64,000 nucleotides of DNA from assembly GCF_009914755.1 (NCBI RefSeq), contig NC_060947.1; one strand, 5' to 3'. The translations under genes were made by a program, and so were the position numbers. Of the stretch, positions 1-16,412 are shown piece by piece (within the stretch, counting starts at the first letter, position 1; every line of letters starts with the position of its first letter). The DNA is from the human T2T-CHM13v2.0 reference genome, Homo sapiens. The notes beneath the pieces are model-generated. The model saw only the letters and a program-made list of their open reading frames with translations, was not told the origin of the DNA and made no database searches.

Positions 1-467
1 TACATGTTGAGAGTACCAAAAGTGCAATTTGAAATTGGTTGTAATTAAGGTGGTTAATGAAAATGACTTTAAAAAAAAAAACTACATGGAAAGAAAAGTT
101 AATCAAAGAAAATGTGTCACATGACATATGTCATTTTGAAGCATAAGGTAAATATTTCAATATGTCTTCAGTTTTCTCCAAAATATTTTAGAATGAAGAC
201 AAACTAATTTTTGAAAACCAAAATTCTATTTCCAACTGCTTCATATCCTTTTTTTTTTAAAAGACAGGCAATACTTCATTTAAAACCCGTCACAGAAATG
301 AACAGCTTGAGTCTGTAATACAGCATACATGTTTTAAAGCCTAAGTCAGTAATTGTATATGAGAGCATATACATACACTGCTGCATACAAATTAACTCAT
401 CAGACCACAATTTTTCAATGTTTAAAACAGAATAAGCTTCCCTGTGAAAGCAGCATCTGTGCTGGTT

Positions 468-1027
<560 letters not shown>

Positions 1028-1136
1028 TAGTAAGGGTCATGTTTCACCACCTGGCTGGCTTGCTCAAAGAAAGCATTGGTAATCTCTGCTACAGAAAGCT
1101 GTCTATGGTAGGCTTTCCCAGTAGAGATGATGAGGG

Positions 1137-1503
1137 TGTATTAGTTTGTTTTCATACTGCTGATAAAGACATACACAAGGCTGGGCAATTTACAAAAGCA
1201 AGAGGTTTATTGGACTTACAGCTCCACATGGCTGGGGAGGCCTCACAATCATGGTGGAAGACAAGGAGGAGCAAGTCACATCTTACATGGATGGCAGCAG
1301 GCAAAGAGAGAGCTTGTGCAGAGAAACTCCAGTTTCTAATAGCCAACAGGTCTTGTGAGAGTTATTCACTATCATGAAAACAGCACTGGAAAGACCCACC
1401 CCCATGATTTAATCATCTTCCACCAAGTCTCTCCCACAACACATGGGGATTATGGTAGCTACAAAATGAGATTTGGGTGGGGACACAGAGCCAAATCATA
1501 TCA
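1137..1503 (-). mobile_element. THE1B-type MaLR solo LTR inside the tubulin pseudogene CDS
   Basis: TG...CA ends, THE1B-like body, 5-bp TSD GAGGG at 1132-1136 and 1504-1508; tubulin homology resumes on both sides. Confidence 0.9.
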
Positions 1504-2252
1504 GAGGGCATAGTTGCCCAGAGAGAAGTGGATGCAGGGATAGGACTCCAGGTTGGTCTGGAGTTCTGTCAGATCAATATTTAGGGTTCCATCAAATCTC
1601 AGGGAAGCAGTGACAGAGGACACAATTTGACCTATGAACCTATTTAGGTTAGTGTAGGTTGGGGGCTTAATATCAAGGTTTCTATAACAGATGCCCTAAA
1701 TGGCCTCACTGTCTATCATGAAAGCACAATCGGAGTGCTCCAGGTGATGTGGGTGGTGAGAGTGGAATTGTAGGGCTCTAGTACAGGTATGGAAACCTGA
1801 GGAGCTGGGTAAATGGAGAACTCCAGCTCGGATTTCTTACCATAGTCAACAGAGAGACATTCCATGAGCAGGGAGGTGAACCCAGAACCAGTTCCCCTGC
1901 CAAAGCTGTGAAAACCAAGAAGCCCCGAAGACCTGTGCACAAGTTGGCCAGTTTATGAATTTGGCCCAACATGAAGTCAATTATCTCCTTGCCAATGGTG
2001 TAGTGCCCTCGGGCATAATTATTGGCAGCATCTTCCTTGCCCGTGATGATATGCTCAGGTTGGAAGAGCTCACGGTATGTGCCAGAGCAAACTTCGTCAA
2101 TGACCATGGGTTCCAGGTCTACAAACACTGCTTGGGCAAGGGCTTGGTTTCTGTTTCACAGCTGCCTGGCAGATGACAGAGATGAAGAGGAGAGGTTGTT
2201 GCTTCTTACAGACCGACTCTTAAACAGTTGATGTAAGGGAACCTTCATCTCC

Positions 2253-2600
2253 TTTTTTTTTTTTTTAACAGGGGCTTATTTGTAGAGCAGTTTGAGATCC
2301 ACAGGGAAAGTGAGCAGAAAGTACAAAGTTCCCATATACCTCCTGCCCACCACAACATGCACAGCCTCCCCCACTATCAACATCTGGCACCAGAGTGGTA
2401 CATTCATTACAATCAATGAACCTACATCGAGGCATCATGGCCACCCAGAATCCCGTAGTGTACATTTGCGTTCACTCTTGGTACTGTGCATTCTATGGAT
2501 TTTGGCAAATGTACAGTGACATGTACCTACCATTGTACTGTCATAAGTAGTTTTACTGTCCTAAATTCCTCTGAGCTCTGCCTATTCACTCCTCCTCACC
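2253..2600 (-). mobile_element. Old L1M (L1MC-like) 3' end
   Basis: T-run followed by L1MC-type 3'UTR motifs (CATTACAATCAATGAACCTACA, TTCACTCTTGG..TTCTATGG). Confidence 0.7.
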
Positions 2601-2647
2601 TACTTTTAAAAAAGCCAAACTGCTCAATATCTATTATCTGCCTAACC

Positions 2648-2866
2648 TGGGATTTCTCAATCTCAGACTCTTGACATTTTGAACAGGAAAATTCTTTTGA
2701 AGCAGATGTCCAGTACATTCTAGGATATATAGCAGCATCCTGGCCTCTACCCAATCAATGCCAGAAACCCTGCCATTCTTAGTTGTGAGAATCAAAAATG
2801 TCTCCAGACATTGCTAAATGTCCCCTAGGAGCAGGTAGCAAAATCATTCCTGTTAAGAACCACTGG
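2648..2866. mobile_element. MER20-like hAT-Charlie DNA element
   Basis: AGCAGCATCCTGGCCTCTACCC and AAAATGTCTCCAGACATTGC..AAATGTCCCC..AGAACCACTG motifs. Confidence 0.8.
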
Positions 2867-4150
2867 CCTAATCTAAGGCATACTCTACTTCCAAATGAAT
2901 GTCTATATTATTCTATTATGACTTGTACAGTTAGTCATTAAATGCTATCAACAAATATTTATTAGGCTTACTATGTGCTGGATACTATAAATTTATTCCA
3001 CACTAGCCAGTCAAGAGCTATTAAATTCTTAATATATTAATAAGTGACAGGGAGAGGCATGAGTTGTTGCAACAAACATTTTAAAAATCTACATGCAGTA
3101 GCTACATTGAATCTTGAGGCATGATTGATTAAATTGATATAGCGATCTTCACGATCTAGTTCACAGCAGAATGAACGCAGAGGGAAAATGCATTGATCAT
3201 TAAGATTGCTTAACTGATTGGACCTGCTATGCAGTGATCTGCTTCAGCAGCCACATGCAAGAGATGGACACTGCCTCTACAGGGAAATAATTCTGAGTAA
3301 TTAGCCAGGGAAGACTCTATACAAATCCCCACTCCCACCCTAACTCCACCACTGTTTTCCCATGATAGCAAGGGATATTTACCTGATTCCCTTGTGAAAT
3401 TGCCATAAGTGCCTCAGTGCTCCTTTCATTTTGCCTCTGTAGATAGAGGCAGGACTGATGATAAGCTGGTTTGCTTTCTGGTTGGCCAGTACTTGTGTTG
3501 TTCAGATCACTAAATCAAATGTAACCAAGCAAGTTATAATTTGAGATTTTATTTCGAGATTCTCCTTGTAAAGATTTAGGCATTAAAGTAGTCACACAGA
3601 ATCCAAGAGACAACTGTCAGAAATGGAAAGGGGAATTGGAGTAGTAGACAATGAGACATCTTGGCAAAACTAATTCTATTTGCATATGGCCTCAAATTAT
3701 GGGTTTCCTCCTTCTCTTTCTCCTTTTCCTTTTTTGGACAGACTTATTACAGTCATTTTGATTTCTCCCTGCTTTTGATTCTTTTTAATGATGAGTCAAA
3801 AATAAATAAATTCAAAATTGACTCATTGAAGGCAGTTAACTACATTTAACTTCTATTTCCAAGGCACTTCTTGGAGGATGTGGGTCTACTTATTCCTTGT
3901 TTGTTAAAGTCAACTGATATGTATGTTCCCCTTTGTGGACCTCTAAATTGGTCTTCTCATCTATAACTTGTAAGATTCCTTCCAGCTCTAATTGTCTATG
4001 ATCTGTTGGCTACTATAATAAATGTATACTAGACCATGATGCATGCTGGGACCTCAGCAGAAGGAAGAAGAGGAAAGGAGTAGGAAAGAATCTTGGAAAA
4101 GACTAGATTGAAATTTCATGGACTAACTTGGTTGCAGGAATGTACCTTCA

Positions 4151-4465
<315 letters not shown>

Positions 4466-5219
4466 GATTGTGTTTGGCATGTCAAATCAAAGTTCAAAGG
4501 ATGAGACAAATGGGTTTTATTCAAAGGATGATCAAGTCCTGGAGTTGGGTAAGGGAAAGCAGTAGAACCAAACATTTGCTGGCAAGAACTGATCCCAGAT
4601 GGTCTATTTGGATTACAGCAAGATGCCAGCTAAAAGAGGAAGCTATGCAAAACAGGATCCAGCTCCCAGGGGCAACGGGAGTAGGAAGGATTTCTTAGAG
4701 AATCAGAGTCTTAGGCAATTAGGCTGGAACTGAGGATTAGTTCTAGCCTCAAAGTGGGAATTATAACCCTAATCAGAAAACTAAGGCAAAAAGTCAATCA
4801 CAGAGGGTAATCCAACACTAGAGGGGGATGGGTGGTCAGAGAAGAGGTTGCAGTTCAGTGAACACACAACAGACATAAAGGTGCCTGGGGGATCATGTCT
4901 ATTTTATCATGCCCACCGTCAGGAGGGAATGCCTAGTGTCCTGCTGGTTGTAGGCAGGATTTGGTTCACTCAATGTAGGAGGCAGAATAGTCCCAGCCTC
5001 TGCCAGAGCAGGGCTAGGAAAGGCTACCTCATATACTTTGTTTCACTTAATTCTTCTCTTTGTCAATTCTTAAATAGTCACAAAACATCATACTCATCAA
5101 TTGCTATGGTTTTTATTTCTACCCTGAGTTGTATGCAACTTCTTAAAGAATTAAACATGATCAGGCCCTAAATATTGTGCTATGAAATTTCTGTACATCC
5201 ACGGACTTTATACACTAAA

Positions 5220-5535
5220 CCAAGTTCGGCAAACTTTTTCTGTACAGGTCTGGACAGTAAATATTTAAGGCTCTCCAGACCACAGGGTGTTGGTCACAAG
5301 TACTCACCTCTGCCATTGTAGCATGAAAGTAGCCATATTCAATATGAAAACAGATAAGCATGGCTGTGTTCCAATAAGTCTTTATTTACGGACCTTGAAA
5401 TTTGAATTTCATAAAATTTTCACGTCACGAAATAGTATTCATTTTTATTTTTTTAGCAACTTAAATGTGTACAAATCATTCTTAGCTCATGGGTCATACA
5501 AAAACAAGCAGTAGGTCATAGTTTGCAACTCCTGT
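5220..5535. mobile_element. MER58B-like hAT-Charlie element
   Basis: GGCAAACTTTTTCTGTA...CATGGCTGTGTTCCAATAA...TAGTTTGC..CTCCTG. Confidence 0.75.
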
Positions 5536-7394
5536 ACTAAACTTAAACAAACGATAATTTATTTAGTGAACAATGATCTGCCTAATTCTGCCTAGCAGGC
5601 CTCCAACACTATAATCAGGGCCACGTAATCCTATTGGTAGGATTAGCCTTGCTCCAAGTTCTGGTAAAAATCAGGTCACAGACAGTGAGAACATAAGAAA
5701 CTCTACCTATCATCCATTCTTTATAAAAGTCAACCTGTTTGATGGCCCTGCACTATTTCTGCACTTTGTTCTGTAATAGCTCTCTGATCTGGTTGCTATT
5801 AATGAATCCACTTGAATTGCACTCCAGTTCCCACAGATATTCTTTCTTTTATGTACGAATTTCTGCTTGACATTCAGTTTCTACAGAACTAGAGTCTCGC
5901 CATGACTCGTCCAAAATCAGAGTCCTAGAGATGGGAGTGTTGTATGTTAACCTTAATGCCTGTGGCTGAGTCCCTGTAATTTACTACCTCATCTTCCTGA
6001 TGTTCCTTTCTACCTTCCTGAATCATCCTCCTGTGTTTGATCCAGTTCTAGGCCTTGTTGACCTGGCCAGTCTCACCGATTTCACCGAGTCTGACTGAGG
6101 CAGTATCATATGAACAAAGGAGCATGCAGAAAAGTAGATGGAAAATAATAAACATATAAAAACTGTTTGAATAGCTTTTATTATAACCAAAAACCAAGAT
6201 AGCACAAACTCTTTGTTTTATTCCATCCTTGATGAAGCAAAAGTGTTCAGAACTGAAATTCTTCCTATCACAATGGCTGTTCAACACTGAAGTAAAAATT
6301 ATACACAATAAAATTCTTAGTGACTGCATCAAGACACAATAGTAATTATTTAGTTTTGACCTTTACAAATCTCAACTTTTGAGTCTCTGAGTTCATTTTT
6401 TATAGTTTTGGTTCATTCTTGTCTAATCAAGGCTGTTCCAAATTTTTGTGGAAGTGATTCAGTCACATAAGTTTAGTATTTTTTTCTAATTCTCTTTCAT
6501 ACATACTGAACTCTAGCTTATAATAGGTAGCTGTCCCCAGTTACCAATGTATAAACTACTTCTTAAAGAGGAAACTATACACTATAATGTAGATAACACT
6601 ATATTTCAACTTTTCATCAATACATCATACAATCTTGCAAAGACAATTAGAAAAAAAAAACTGAAGTGGTAGCTCCCCATCTTGAGTTCATGTATTTTCT
6701 GGGATAAAATCTAGGAATGTATATTTCTGATCTATATTGTACCTGATATTTTGTCAAGAGGAATATATTTTATCTGCTCTGCATCAAGATTTTCAAATGT
6801 GGTTAGTTATGAAAAATATGCCTGTGATTTAGTTATGCTTAAGGATGAAGATAGCATGACATAAGGATTTAGAGTGATCATTATTAAAGACCTAACTGGG
6901 ATATAATTCTAAACTCAAATATCTAGACATAGACACACACTTTTGTTCCAAGTAAAAGACTAGGTTTGCAGTTATTAACATTTAATAACAGTAAATAACA
7001 GAATATACCTGTTATTCTCCACAATCAGGACATGCCTATATGCTGCTATCAAATTGGCAGTATTTGGTTACTTCAGTTATGTTTATTCAGCTATCTTATT
7101 TGGCACAGACTAAAATATTGACACTTTGGGAACCACTTCAGGTTTTTTGTTGTACAAATATTATCTCAGAGCAAAGCATATAAACTCCTCAGTGAATGTA
7201 TCTGTCTTATGGGAAAATAGGTCTCATTACTTTATATTCCCATGAACCACACAATCTTTAATCACAGGCAAAGAAAATGTACCTTGAACCACAAAAGAAA
7301 CATAGGAAAATACAGAGGAAACTAAGAATAGTGCAAATCTAACCAGCTCCACCTTCCAACATAGATGCTACTTTCACTGGCTTAAAACCATACT

Positions 7395-7738
7395 GGCCAG
7401 GTACGGTGGCTCACACCTGTAGTCCCAGCTCTGGAGGCTGAGGTAGGTGGATCTCTTGAGCCCAGGAGTTCAAGATTAGCCCAGGCTACATTGTGAAACT
7501 CCATCTCTACAAAAAAAGAAAGGAAAAGAAAAGAAAGAAAGAAAAAGAAAAATTAGCCAAGCATGGTGGCACATGCCTGTAGTCCCAGCTACTCAGGAGG
7601 CTGAGGTAGGAGGATTGCTTGAGTCTAGGAAGTAAAGGCTTCAGTGGGCCACAATTGCACCACTGGACTCCAGCCTGGGTGACAGAGCATGACTATATAT
7701 ATATATATATACAGACACAGGGTTATATATATATGTAT
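7395..7738 (+). mobile_element. AluJ with (GAAA)n linker and (TA)n tail
   Basis: Dimeric Alu; TSD AACCATAC. Confidence 0.9.
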
Positions 7739-9994
7739 AACCATACCAGTGGTTCTTTTGTCACTGCTTGGAGCTTGGAACTATAATGAAGGAATAGGAA
7801 GTCTTTCCTTTCTTCAGTTCTTCAGTTTGGATAACAGGAACTTTATTTGCACATTCAGATTTAGTACTACAAGGTTTTTGCTTAACCTCATTTATCTTAG
7901 ATTTATCTTATTTCTACACCATCTTTCTTTCATGCTGGACGTTGCAGTGATATGGAAGAGGCATTTGGGATCCTGTCAGCATTTGTTAAGATGAGAGAAA
8001 CTAGAGTCTCTTTAAATGGCAATGGAAATGAGCCAGAAAACCAGGGAAAATGGAAGATTCAGGGAAGAGGGGATAATCAATAGTGTAAGGTTCCTAATAA
8101 AGTGGGAATAGGGATACTTCACTCATAATATCTCTAGGCAACAATTAGGATATATGTGCTGGAATCATGCAAAGTCTTTGTCATTTGGATGGCTCCCATC
8201 TCTGGATTCTGTGGGAATACAGGTTTCCCTTTATTTTGATCTTGTCATGGCCTTTTGTTCTCAGGAGGAGCATTGTATGTCGGTCCTCTGCTGTGCGTGG
8301 CAGTGACAGACCTCAGAATAGAACTGGCTTGGATTCCCAGGCAATGTTCTTTCCTCACACCATACTGTTGTTGAAAACAGTGTTGTTTCTAAAAATTACT
8401 TTCATTATTTTTTATTGCTGATTAACAATTTTCTCTGCTTTTCAGTACATTCCACGTAACTATTTGATTTGGAAATTTTTTTTGCATATGAAATTAATTC
8501 CAGGGCCAGGGTGTCTAAGAAAGCCAGCCCTCCTGCTCCCATTGCCTGCCATGTCCCTTTCAGCACCACAAACTCATCAGAAAATATAGAGAAAACCAAA
8601 AATAATCTTAACCTAACCAGATTTACCTCCCAATTTTGACATTGCTTTCATCAGGATCAATGGTTTAAAACCATGTCACTGGTTCCTGGTTCACTGCTTA
8701 AAACTGCGACTATAGAAAAGGCCGTCTTTTCCTTTATTATACAGACTTATATTTGTAGATTCCCCAGAAACAAACTCAATAATAAGCCCATAGGCAGTGT
8801 GTATAAATTCCTTGCTAAGGCAGTACCCTCCAGTACTCTTCCATTATCCTTTCACTACTTAATCTACCACATCTCTAAGATGTGAGTCACCTATTCAGGT
8901 GCCCACCATTTTTCATCACTTAAATTGTGATTTTTTTTTTTTTGGTTCTTTACGCTCATACTTTCACTCTATTTTAATAAGACCCTTGTAAACTCTCTTT
9001 ATGTGCATTGGCTTGCTGTTTTTTGTTTTTTCTCTTTCATAACATTGGCTGAGAAGGCTCTTGTGTGACACTTAATGAGCTTTTGTTGCTACAGGGACTG
9101 GTGGGTGGGCTGGAAGCTAAACCCATTAACTATATCCCACTTTCTTAAACTTAAAGCACTAAAAGTCAAAAGTATACAATAATTCTGTATTGGTCATATC
9201 CAGCCTTCCCTTCTCTTGTGGCATCCTGCATTCTGACTAATTCCTGAGGGCCATGTCAAAGGTCCCCACTAGAAGTCCTAATGCTGTAAATGAAGACACA
9301 CAATGAACTGGGAACTGGCACTAGTAAGTTCGAGATCAGTCCTATAATTTCTTATTGACACACTCCTCAAACATCCAGGTGGTCCTTTCATTTTATGATG
9401 TCTATATTTCTACGAATCAATTTTGTTTAGTATCATCTCCTGCAAACAAGAGCCAATAACTCTGCTGGCTCTTCTTTTACCTTTTCATCTCACATAGTGA
9501 CACTTCTCAATTGGGTCATCATGTTGATAGTCTTATCTTCTGTTACATCAATTTTGGCTCCTGCTTCTTAAGCCTACTCTTCATATATTGTGAGACCATG
9601 CTGCCTTTCTTCTGATGCTCTGCCAATGTGATATTACACAACACCTGTGACCGGTGTGGTTGGCCATGGCCAGACCTGACCAGAATAGGTTTCAGTGAGG
9701 ACCAAAATGGAAACTAGGTCCTGTAGTTCAGGCACAGAAAAACAGAGATTACTCTTGGGCTGACACAGCAAGAATTTCAAGGCCCCAGCACAGAACATGA
9801 GCCTTGGTGACATGACATCCTGAATAGGGAAATTATTGCCTTCTGTAGTAAAATGAGTTGTCTCTGGATGCTGAGTAAGTGGCCAGGGAGGTGGGTGTAA
9901 AATGCAGGAACCCAAAGTTCTTAACTCTCAAACCTGGTAGCGGTTTCCCTCTGTGTGGGATGCCAAGTCTACAGAACTTAGGGCATGACTCTGA

Positions 9995-10465
<471 letters not shown>

Positions 10466-10751
10466 TGATCTGCTACTTTTACTTTGAGAGTAAACCAAAG
10501 GAGACATCACCTCAAAAGGTGGACCAGACTTCCTCAATCAGCCTCTTGTGACTGGAAATCAGCTGTTCCCTTTTTATATTTCCACTGATCTATAAACCTT
10601 ATCGGGGGTCTGCAGGCAACATATCAAGGAAGGAGCTCTGTGGTAGGCTTTGCCTCACCCCTCTTTTCACATTCATTTATTTTCCCCATCCCCTTTGTTC
10701 TAATTTTAAAACCATTGATCCTGGGCATGTGACAGCATTGAAATGGAATAA

Positions 10752-11125
10752 AATCATTTATTCTTTCAAGAAATATTTTTTGAGCACCACACTGTGCCAG
10801 GCACTGTTTTGAGCAGTGAGGATGCAGCAGTGGACATAAAGAGAAAAATCCTGCCCTTGTGGAGCTGACATTAGTATGTTAGACGAAGAAAAGTGATATG
10901 GAGGAAATAAGCAAGAAAGGGAAGTATGGTGTACTAGGTGTTCCCTTAAATAGGGTGGTCAGGGAAAACATCACTGAGATGGCGACATTTGAGGAAAGGC
11001 CTGAAGGAAGTGAGGGAGCGATTCATGTGTTATCTTAAGGAAGAGAGTTCCAGGTGGAGAGAATAAGAGGTGAACAAGTCCTGAGGTAGAAACAGGCTTA
11101 GGATGTGTTAGAGACAGCAAGGAGT
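10752..11125 (-). mobile_element. L2 3' fragment
   Basis: CATTTATTC..AAATATTT.TTGAGCACC..TGTGCCAGGCACTG; CCTGCCCTTGTGGAGCTGACA. Confidence 0.75.
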
Positions 11126-11213
11126 GTCCTATAGGGCGCCTTGCTCCACACCTTTGCTTGTGGGCACTTTGCAGTATCCACAAGCAATTGCAGGATAACT
11201 TTTATATATCCAC

Positions 11214-12085
<872 letters not shown>

Positions 12086-12369
12086 CAACCATGGCTGGAA
12101 GAGAAAGTCATGATTTGCTGAAGATCAAACAGCTTTTTAAAATTCACCCATAATGAATATTCTTTCTCCTGCCTTCCATGAACGTTTTCTGTGATATCTC
12201 AAGCCCAAGTCCTGCTAGTTATCTTCTAGATGAGGCCCACCGCTAGTCTTGTCTGTATTGAGTATAAATTAGCTGTTAACTATATAAAATCCAAATTCAG
12301 TAATGCCAGTGGTATCCAGTTACTAACATCTCTCACCTCCCTTTTAAAAGCATTGTTGTTACACCCAAT

Positions 12370-12580
12370 AATAGTAATAATAATAAGAGGTATCATATAC
12401 TGAGTGCCTGCCATGTGCTGCAAGCTTTATAGATGCTACATAACTTAATCCCTCAACAACTCTGTGGGGTAAATATTATTATATACATTTTGCAAATGAG
12501 GTTGCTGAGGCTCAGGAAGAATGAATGCAATGCCTAAGGTAATATAGCTAGTAAATGGTAGAGCCAGGATTTAAAACTGT
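12370..12580 (-). mobile_element. MIR
   Basis: CATTTTGCAAATGAGG..CTGAGGCTCAG..AGCTAGTAAATGGTAGAGCCAGGATTT. Confidence 0.8.
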
Positions 12581-12585
12581 GCCTG

Positions 12586-13038
<453 letters not shown>

Positions 13039-13437
13039 TTAGACAGCAGCAAGGCTTCATTTTCCCTGATCTTTTCTGTGGTCTTAATTTAAATTTCCCT
13101 CTGTTCTAATAAGACTTTACTTACCCTTCCTATATCTAGGACAAATGTTCTATCTTTTGAGAAATTGATCTTAGCTACTATCTGACCAGGATCAGAAAAG
13201 TCTGTCTCTTCTCATTTGATTACACAGCACCCTTTGCTCTAGTGCTTACTTCCTAGCAATCCTGCTGACTTAACTTTTTTGTCACTTTTTTTTCCAGAGG
13301 TCTTTGTTAAATGACCTTCATTTTAGTGTTCTTCTAGGCCAATTCTAATTTGGCATATTTTTGCTGCCTTCAGATGGTCATCTTTTTTCCTTAATGCAGT
13401 TGGCATCAACTCCCACAATCACTATTTGGCCAAATAA

Positions 13438-13836
<399 letters not shown>

Positions 13837-14079
13837 ACATTCAACCATTTTCATTCTTCTTAAATCATTTTGCCTTAGGACACCCTCCATTACCACTGCC
13901 AGTAAATTAGTGAGTTTCAGTGCTTCAAGGAATGGTTAACACCATATAGAAAACAAGTAGTCCTAACTGGGATTTTATTATCAAATTAGATGTTTAATTC
14001 CCTGAGGACTTCTCAGGAAAACAGCAGTCTTGGAGTCAGAGACTTCTAAATTCCTTTTGTATAGCAAGAGCCAAGCCTG

Positions 14080-14795
14080 TCACACCCACCAGGATGGCTA
14101 TAATCAAAAAGAAACAGTGTTAATAAGAATGAGCAGAAATTGGAATCCTCATACTCTGTTGGTAGAAATGTAAAATGATGTAGCCACTATGAAAAGCAGT
14201 TCGGCAGTTCCTCAAAAAGTTAAACATAGAATTACCATATGACCCTGCAATTCCATTCCTAGGTATACACCCAAAAGGATTAAAAACAGGTATCCAAACA
14301 AAAACTTTTACATGAGTGTTCAAAGCAACACTGCTCACAATAGCCAAAAGATGGAAGCAACGAAACATTCATCAGCAAATGAATGGATAAACAAAATGTG
14401 GTAGAGTCATATGATGAAATATTATTCAGTGTTAAAAAGGAATGAAATACTGATACACTGCTATAATGTAGATGAACCTCAAAAACAGTATGCTAAGTAA
14501 AATCAGCCAGATACAAAGCAACATATATTGTATGACTCCATATATTGTATGAAACGTCCACAATAGGCAAATACATAGAGACAGAAAGTAGATGAGTGGT
14601 TGCCTGGGTCTGGAGGTAGGAAAGTGGATTCACTGTACATGGGCATGAATGATCTTATTGGGATAATGAAAATGTTTAAAAACCGAAAAGTACGGTGATA
14701 GTTATACAACTGTAAATTTACTAAAAAGCCATTGAATTGTACATTTAAAACGGATGAATTTTATGGTATGTAAGTTTCACTGCAGTGAAGCTGTA
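14080..14795 (+). mobile_element. L1MB-type 3' end
   Basis: TACCATATGACCCTGCAATTCC; GAATGGATAAACAAAATGTGG; GATGAACCTCAAAAAC..TATGCTAAG. Confidence 0.85.
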
Positions 14796-15162
14796 GGAGA
14801 GAGAGAGAAAGACAGAGAAAGAGAAAGAGAGAAATTGAAGGCAAGCCTGGAGCCTGGCCAATTGGCATTCTAGAGCTTTACTAGTTCGGGAGATCAAGAG
14901 ATGATGTAAGTGAAGGGTACACTATCCAGAAACAAAACTGTAGCATTCTGAGAAGTGAGAGACAGAGAGAAAAAAGAAAGGGTAAGAGGCCACAAAGGAA
15001 GCAGAAGAACCCATAGATAAATGTGCCACTCTACCCTGCCCCACCACACACCCCATTATCATAAGCGTGGAATCTGGGGACATTTTCCAACAGGTTTAGG
15101 GGAAAAATAAAAAACAAAGTGGAATTATTCCAAATTTGGTCTTTGGAACTCTGGGACACCAC

Positions 15163-15506
15163 TGTTGTGGTTTAAATGTTTGTCTGCTCCCAAACTCATG
15201 TTGACTTTTAATTGATGTGGTGCCTTTAAGAGATGATTAGGTGATGACAGAACCATCATGAATGGATTCATGCCCTTATTGCAGAAGTGGGTTAGTTATC
15301 ACAAGACTGAATTTGTAATGAAAGTGAGTTTTGCCTGATTTCTTCTCTCTGTCTCATGTTTGCTTCAGCCTTCTGTCCTTCTGCCATGGGATGACCCTCA
15401 TCAGATGTTGGTGCCATGCTCTTGGACTTCTCAGCCTCCAGAATTGTGAGAAATAGATGTCTTTTCTTTATAAATCACTCTGAGTAACAGAAAATAGACT
15501 AAAACA
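15163..15506 (+). mobile_element. MST-type (MSTC-like) MaLR LTR
   Basis: TGTTGTGGTTTAAATGTTTGT...CTTGGACTTCTCAGCCTCCAGAA..TGTGAGAAATA...GACTAAAACA. Confidence 0.75.
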
Positions 15507-16384
15507 AGCACCTTTCTGAGTGCCCCCTCACTAACAAGGGATAATCATAACAGAAGAAAAATGGATGCAAGGCAGATCTAGGCAGAGAGAGGGCCAAGTC
15601 TCCCTCAGCTTTTACCTGGCATAAATGTATCCAGATATTTTCACATGCTCCCAGTGGAGGATATAGAAAATAGCTGGATGTTTACAGCCGGCAGGTCTCC
15701 CATGGGGCCACTGCCATGAGGAGCAAGTTGACGCTACTGCAAGGGCCGCAGGTGGACAATCTAACTCTGGGGCTGGATGGAGGATGTGGTTGAGATTCAG
15801 AGGGCCTGAAAGGCAGACAAGGGAAGAGGTGAGTCTAAGTCAGCAGAATGGTGGATAACTCTGGGCCTAGATGAGCTGAGAGAATAGACCTTGTATTTCA
15901 CAAGTCCTGGACTTCATCGTCGAATGCCCGAATAGTTCCCAATGATTGAGGGGGACATTGCTGAGGAAATTACTGCAGAGGCCAATAAGGACCCACACAA
16001 AGATGTCCATGTCAACTCATTGCCTCTTCTCTGTCTTAGAGAGGAAGGAGGTAGGTGTGGCGAGTTGAAATTCTAAAACACTGAGAAGTATCCAAAGGAA
16101 CTCAGTTAACCCAGAAAAGACTTTTTAATGGAAAGAGACTGGTTTTCCATTATGATTTAGCATAGTAATAAGACACGTTGACTTAGTTCTCAATTGAGCA
16201 CAATGGACCAAGGCCTGTACTTAACTGCTCACTCACAGTGCCCTGAAGAGTCTAGGGGACTATACTGGGCTCTTCAGAGCTCCATGTGAGCCACAGACGT
16301 TTATAACATTGGGGATTTAATCAAGATTTCCATAGTGAAGTTGAAAGCCAGGAAGATCTGAGACTGGATTACATAGTTCTTAAA

Positions 16385-16412
16385 AACAAACAAACAAACA
16401 AACAAACAAACA
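16385..16412 (+). repeat. (CAAA)n microsatellite
   Basis: Read directly. Confidence 0.9.

Noticed and set aside
1716-2128. Tubulin-like ORFs as a functional gene
   Set aside because: Frameshifts, stops, lost ATG, LTR insertion, poly(A) and TSD show a processed pseudogene.
14800-16200. Purine-rich stretch possibly from an ancient Gypsy-like LTR
   Set aside because: Only a vague resemblance; I cannot support a family or boundaries without an HMM search.
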